This document shows, piece after piece, positions 60,277 to 64,000 of a stretch of DNA of 64,000 nucleotides. The notes beneath the pieces were generated by a model. The model saw nothing but the letters and a program-made list of their open reading frames with translations, made no database searches and was not told where the DNA came from. The position numbers and the translations under genes were made by a program. Source of the DNA: an uncultured Porphyromonadaceae bacterium (GTDB lineage Bacteria; Bacteroidota; Bacteroidia; Bacteroidales; Muribaculaceae); contig CAMWNB010000006.1 in the NCBI GenBank assembly GCA_947175495.1, positions 10,304-74,303 on the forward strand. The letters are read 5' to 3'. Within the stretch, counting starts at the first letter, position 1. Each line of letters opens with the position of its first letter.

Positions 60277-61593
60277 ATGAATATTGCAATCGTAGGTACA
60301 GGCTATGTAGGCCTTGTTTCCGGAACATGTTTCGCCGAAATGGGTGTGAACGTGACGTGTGTGGATATAGACAGCTCCAAGATCGAGCGTCTTCTGCATG
60401 GCGAGATTCCCATCTACGAACCCGGTCTTGACGAGATGGTGAAGCGTAATGTAGAGGCCGGCAGATTGCATTTCACCACAGACCTGCGCACGGTGCTCGA
60501 CGATGTGGAGGTTGTGTTCTCGGCTGTGGGAACGCCTCCCGACGAGGATGGCTCGGCCGATCTGAAATATGTGCTGGCGGTGGCCAAGACTTTTGGTGAG
60601 AACATCAACAAATATACGATTCTGGTGACAAAGTCGACCGTGCCTGTAGGAACGGCTCAGAAAGTGAAGATGGCTGTCAAGGCGGAACTTGAGCGTCGCG
60701 GCGCTGACATTCCGTTTGACGTGGCTTCCAATCCCGAGTTCCTCAAAGAGGGTGCCGCCATCAAGGACTTCATGTTCCCGGACCGTGTGGTAGTGGGTAC
60801 GGAGAGCGAGCAGGCACGCAAAGTGATGTCGCGTCTGTACAAGCCTTTCATGCTGAGCGGCGAGCGCATGATTTTCACCGATATCCCCTCGGCCGAGATG
60901 ATCAAATATGCGGCCAACTCCATGCTTGCCACGCGCATCTCGTTCATGAATGACATCGCCAACCTCTGCGAGCTTGTGGGCGCCGATGTCAACATGGTGC
61001 GCAAGGGCATCGGCTCCGACACCCGAATCGGCAAGAAGTTCCTGTATCCCGGATGTGGCTATGGCGGCTCCTGTTTCCCGAAGGACGTGAAGGCGCTCAT
61101 AAAGACGGCCGAGAAAAACGGCTATCCCATGCGTGTGCTCAAGGCTGTGGAAGAGGTGAACGAAAAGCAGAAAGAGATTCTTTTCGACAAGCTTTCCCGC
61201 CATTTCGACGGAGATCTCAAAGGCAAAACGATTGCCATGTGGGGTCTTGCCTTCAAGCCTGAGACGGACGACATGCGTGAAGCCCCGGCTCTGGTGCTTA
61301 TCAAGAAGCTCAACGAGGCCGGCGCGCATGTAAAGGTGTACGACCCGGTGGCTATGAGCGAATGCCGCCGCCGTCTGGGCGATGATGCGGTGGAGTATTG
61401 CTCCGATATGTATGAGGCCGCACTCGAGGCTGATGCGCTGCTGCTCGTGACGGAGTGGAACCAGTTCCGCATGCCGTCTCTCCCTGTGCTGAAGAAAACC
61501 ATGCGTAACGCTCTTATCATAGACGGCCGCAACATCTACGACCGCGAGTATCTTGAAGAGAACGGCTTCACCTATACCTGCATAGGCAAGTAG
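60277..61593 (+). CDS. ugd: UDP-glucose 6-dehydrogenase
   Basis: GTGYVGL, SNPEFLKEG, KYAANSMLA, GYGGSCFPKD. Confidence 0.96.
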   Translation: MNIAIVGTGYVGLVSGTCFAEMGVNVTCVDIDSSKIERLLHGEIPIYEPGLDEMVKRNVEAGRLHFTTDLRTVLDDVEVVFSAVGTPPDEDGSADLKYVLAVAKTFGENINKYTILVTKSTVPVGTAQKVKMAVKAELERRGADIPFDVASNPEFLKEGAAIKDFMFPDRVVVGTESEQARKVMSRLYKPFMLSGERMIFTDIPSAEMIKYAANSMLATRISFMNDIANLCELVGADVNMVRKGIGSDTRIGKKFLYPGCGYGGSCFPKDVKALIKTAEKNGYPMRVLKAVEEVNEKQKEILFDKLSRHFDGDLKGKTIAMWGLAFKPETDDMREAPALVLIKKLNEAGAHVKVYDPVAMSECRRRLGDDAVEYCSDMYEAALEADALLLVTEWNQFRMPSLPVLKKTMRNALIIDGRNIYDREYLEENGFTYTCIGK

Positions 61594-61616
61594 GCAAGGA
61601 ACCACATGCATAAAGT

Positions 61617-61652
61617 AACAGAAAGCGCCGCAATATTGCGGCGCTTTCTGTT
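61617..61652 (+). terminator. Terminator-like perfect 36-bp palindrome after ugd
   Basis: AACAGAAAGCGCCGCAAT|ATTGCGGCGCTTTCTGTT followed by GTTT. Confidence 0.75.
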
Positions 61653-61876
61653 GTTTGTAGGGGAGGGTACCGAGCTGTTGCTGCATAGCCTCCGGCATGG
61701 AGGCACGGCTCTTATGTGCATTGTGGTGAAATTATGGATGCCGTCTTATAAGTTTACGGATTCATTGAGAGACTCGTTGGCAATGCGCGGTGAGCTTTTT
61801 GGCAGGAAATAATGGACAGTTCTAACTATATTCTCGAATTTAAGACCCCGTTCCCCAATATTTGTTAACGCCGGGG

Positions 61877-61971
61877 TCGCATATCTCTGAGTGATTTTTG
61901 TCTTGTGACGAAGGAGCGTAGCCTTTGCTACGTGACTGAGGAACAAGGCAAAAAGCGCCGGAGAGATGCGA
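61877..61971. other. Long imperfect stem-loop element (MITE/REP-like or structured RNA)
   Basis: TCGCAT...TTTTTGTCTTGT pairs with ACAAGGCAAAAA...ATGCGA; inner CGTAGC-CTTT-GCTACG hairpin. Confidence 0.5.
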
Positions 61972-62237
61972 TGATAAAGTAACTTTTGTATCATCTATGG
62001 GGGTAAAAACGAAACGAGCACACTCTTTGTTGTATAACGCGTTGATGTGGTGATGTTTGGCGTTAAGTGACTGATTTGAAAAAGTTTAATTTGCTTGAAT
62101 TTCGGTTTAATTTCCGGGGTGTTTCGGTTGTATTTTAGTTGAATTTGGCTTTAATCAAGTTGAATTTTACTTTAATTTTAACGTCTGATTTAACGCTTGC
62201 TTACTCCCTAACACGTTGATTTAGTGGCGATATATAG

Positions 62238-62278
62238 AAACGCCGTTTAATCGTTTGAATGATGATTAAACGGCGTTT
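62238..62278. terminator. 15-bp perfect inverted repeat (terminator or protein-binding site)
   Basis: AAACGCCGTTTAATC-11 nt-GATTAAACGGCGTTT. Confidence 0.55.
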
Positions 62279-62488
62279 TAACGTTTTGAGCGATTAAGGG
62301 GCTAAAATCGGCGATGTTGCACAAAACGAAACGTACAAAATAGCGATGTGACAGGCGGTAGGATATACATTAAATTATTTAAGTTTCAGAGTATCAAACG
62401 ACTAAAAGTGTTAATAATGTACGGTTCGTTTTATTTAGAGTTGGATAATCTGTTAATGTGACATTTTGAACTTAGACACCCAACAATT

Positions 62489-62968
62489 TTAACAATTCAG
62501 ATTATTTAAGGCGGTTAGGATCTTCCGATATAATTCGGCATGACGTGGCGTGGCATTCTTATATTTTTCAAGTGCTTTAATCATTTGCTTTAATTCATCC
62601 ATAACGCCCGGCAATGTTGGAAGCGTTGAGAGTTTCGCGGACTCTTGATTAGTGAGGTTGAAGGTTGTTTTAAGTTCCTCTAAATTCCCTTTCTCAATAT
62701 AGAGCATTTGTCCGAGATTTTCTTTTGTCATGTACTTTTGTTCAAATCTTAATAAGGTTCTATAACACACCCCGAAAAGGTTTGCTAATTCAGATTTTGC
62801 AGTCGTACCCTTTTCAATGGCGTTAAGGTAATTTAATAGGGTTAAAGTTTTGGGATTATGTTGGCGCAATACCCTACACACATAACTAACCGAAACGTTA
62901 CAAATTTCGGCTACTTCTTTTGTGTTAAAGTGTTTAGACAATTCAATGATGCGCTCTTTGTTTGTCAT
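62489..62968 (-). CDS. Prophage protein with two HTH motifs
   Basis: TKEVAEICNVSVSYVCRVLR and KSELANLFGVCYRTLLRFE. Confidence 0.7.
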   Translation of the reverse strand: MTNKERIIELSKHFNTKEVAEICNVSVSYVCRVLRQHNPKTLTLLNYLNAIEKGTTAKSELANLFGVCYRTLLRFEQKYMTKENLGQMLYIEKGNLEELKTTFNLTNQESAKLSTLPTLPGVMDELKQMIKALEKYKNATPRHAELYRKILTALNNLNC

Positions 62969-63038
62969 TCAGCATTTTAGCGTTGTTATTATGATAGGTG
63001 CAGCGGCAATCGCCCAAAAGCGACTGCCGCTGTTAGAT

Positions 63039-63323
63039 TTATTTTTCCATTGTCAAGGAGATAAGCCCCGGATTTCCTGACTGATCGTCCATTTCGATAA
63101 TGGCTTCAATCAGATTTTGGAGCGTGGAAAGTGCATCGCCGAAAGTTCCAACACCTGCCCCGTCTGCAATAATGGCGTTTACTGAGTGAAAGTAAATGTC
63201 AAGGAGGTGGTTGCGAAGTTCCGAAACGGGTTGATCGCGCAAGAGGATACCGAGGATCTTGTCGAGATTGAGACCGCGTGAACATCCAACTGTCCACTCA
63301 GCCATTTCTACTTCATGGTTCAT
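63039..63323 (-). CDS. Small prophage protein (94 aa), target of the putative antisense switch
   Basis: Start codon lies inside the 25-bp repeat; helical, acidic; no recognised family. Confidence 0.65.
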   Translation of the reverse strand: MNHEVEMAEWTVGCSRGLNLDKILGILLRDQPVSELRNHLLDIYFHSVNAIIADGAGVGTFGDALSTLQNLIEAIIEMDDQSGNPGLISLTMEK

Positions 63324-63341
63324 AACTGTTAATTTTTAGGA
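63317..63341 (-). repeat. 25-bp direct repeat, copy B (start of the 94-aa gene)
   Basis: GGTTCATAACTGTTAATTTTTAGGA, identical to 63459-63483. Confidence 0.95.
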
Positions 63342-63349
63342 AGTTAAAT

Positions 63350-63430
63350 AAAAAAGCGACCCTTAGGTGTCCTACGCTATTAACAGTTAACAAGCGCCGG
63401 GGCGTTTCCGCGCTCCGCACCATAGGTCGC
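63350..63430 (-). ncRNA. Putative C4/CI-like cis-encoded antisense RNA (about 80 nt)
   Basis: Basal stem GCGACC..GGTG/CACC..GGTCGC plus U6; GCG-GAAA-CGC tetraloop hairpin; segment UAACUGUUAAU-AGCG-UAGGA complementary to both flanking repeats. Confidence 0.65.
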
Positions 63431-63458
63431 AAATATCTTTTAGGGAGATTGTTAAAGG

Positions 63459-63483
63459 GGTTCATAACTGTTAATTTTTAGGA
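63459..63483 (-). repeat. 25-bp direct repeat, copy A (5' leader and start of the 50-codon uORF)
   Basis: Identical to 63317-63341; immediately downstream of the minus-strand promoter. Confidence 0.95.
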
Positions 63484-63487
63484 TGCA

Positions 63488-63518
63488 CAAAGGTAAGCAA
63501 ATAATCTGACCCGGCAAA
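63488..63518 (-). promoter_or_regulatory. Leftward prophage promoter
   Basis: Minus strand TTTG-19 nt-TACCTTTG. Confidence 0.75.
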
Positions 63519-63587
63519 ATATCCGGGCGCAAAATTGCGATAATTGCAAATTTCGCGCAAAAATAGTGTAAATCTTTTACACTCTAT

Positions 63588-63619
63588 TTTGTGCAGGGGG
63601 GCGGTTGGTCGTACCTTTG
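63588..63619 (+). promoter_or_regulatory. Rightward prophage promoter for the head genes
   Basis: TTTG-20 nt-TACCTTTG. Confidence 0.75.
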
Positions 63620-63725
63620 TGGCAACAAGTTAGGGCAAAGAGGAATAAAATAATTATCACTTTGATAACACCATTTGCACCGACTTAAAAAAGTGAGCAA
63701 TTTTGCTACAAAAAAAGATAACAGA

Positions 63726-64000
63726 ATGAGCAAAGAAAATGGAGATAACAAGCCTATAACCTTTGTGTTAAACGATGAGTCCGTTAATACTTACGGCTTT
63801 ATTGTATTGACCGAGGGTATAGATACAAGCGTATTTGAGCGCAACCCGGTAATGCTCTACATGCACAACCGGGACGGCAATGTTATAGGACGCTGGGAGA
63901 ATATCCGCAAGGAAGAAAAGCGGCTTTTAGCCGATGCCGTGTTAGATGATAGCACCGAGTTAGGGGCGCAAGTTAAAAAGCAAGTGGAGGGCGGTTTCCT
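63726..64000 (+). CDS. Phage prohead (HK97/caudovirus-type) protease, 3' end outside the window
   Basis: Hand translation: MSKENGDNKPITFVLNDESVNTYGFIVLTEGIDTSVFERNPVMLYMHNRDGNVIGRWENIRKEEKRLLADAVLDDSTELGAQVKKQVEGGF. Confidence 0.85.
   Translation, partial: MSKENGDNKPITFVLNDESVNTYGFIVLTEGIDTSVFERNPVMLYMHNRDGNVIGRWENIRKEEKRLLADAVLDDSTELGAQVKKQVEGGF

Larger units (their letters stand above)
61987..64000. mobile_element. End of a probable Mu-like (transposable) prophage, continuing beyond the window
   Basis: Sharp drop in GC; starts TGTAT; three AAAACGAA(A/C)CG(T/A)(A/G)CA sites at 62006, 62323 and 62418 (the last inverted); phage prohead protease at 63726. Confidence 0.65.

Noticed and set aside
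52467-61593. Horizontal origin of locus B inferred from its G/T-ending codons
   Set aside because: Leading-strand bias right of the putative origin explains this equally well.
61606-61994. Short ORFs 61606..61812 and 61746..61994
   Set aside because: They run through terminator and hairpin elements and show no coding signal.

Overview
Chromosomal window from a Bacteroidales genome, probably Muribaculaceae-like (GC-rich core genes, Bacteroidetes TAnnTTTG promoters, T9SS sprA). From left to right: dcp (partial), an EEP nuclease, two rhomboids and HU; a TolC-MFP-RND efflux operon with a P-II-like gene; two tandem TonB-receptor-like beta-barrel genes with near-identical ends but divergent interiors, bracketed by palindromic repeats (the second copy is frameshifted); a perfect parS palindrome where codon strand bias flips (candidate oriC region); two EamA genes; HU-TM-LysM and a small HU; queA-truB-uppP-DUF3098-ftsX; a Crp/Fnr regulator; a GT42-like gene; an acyltransferase-GNAT-GT32-PIG-L-ATP-grasp operon; a Wzy-dependent polysaccharide locus; tRNA-Cys; sprA-ruvA; SulP; and a second wecA-wza-wzc-wecB-wecC-epimerase-ugd locus. 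From about 61987 lies the AT-rich end of a probable Mu-like prophage. It contains a P1-C4/P4-CI-like antisense RNA switch and a prohead protease gene that runs off the window. All calls are by eye; no database searches were run.
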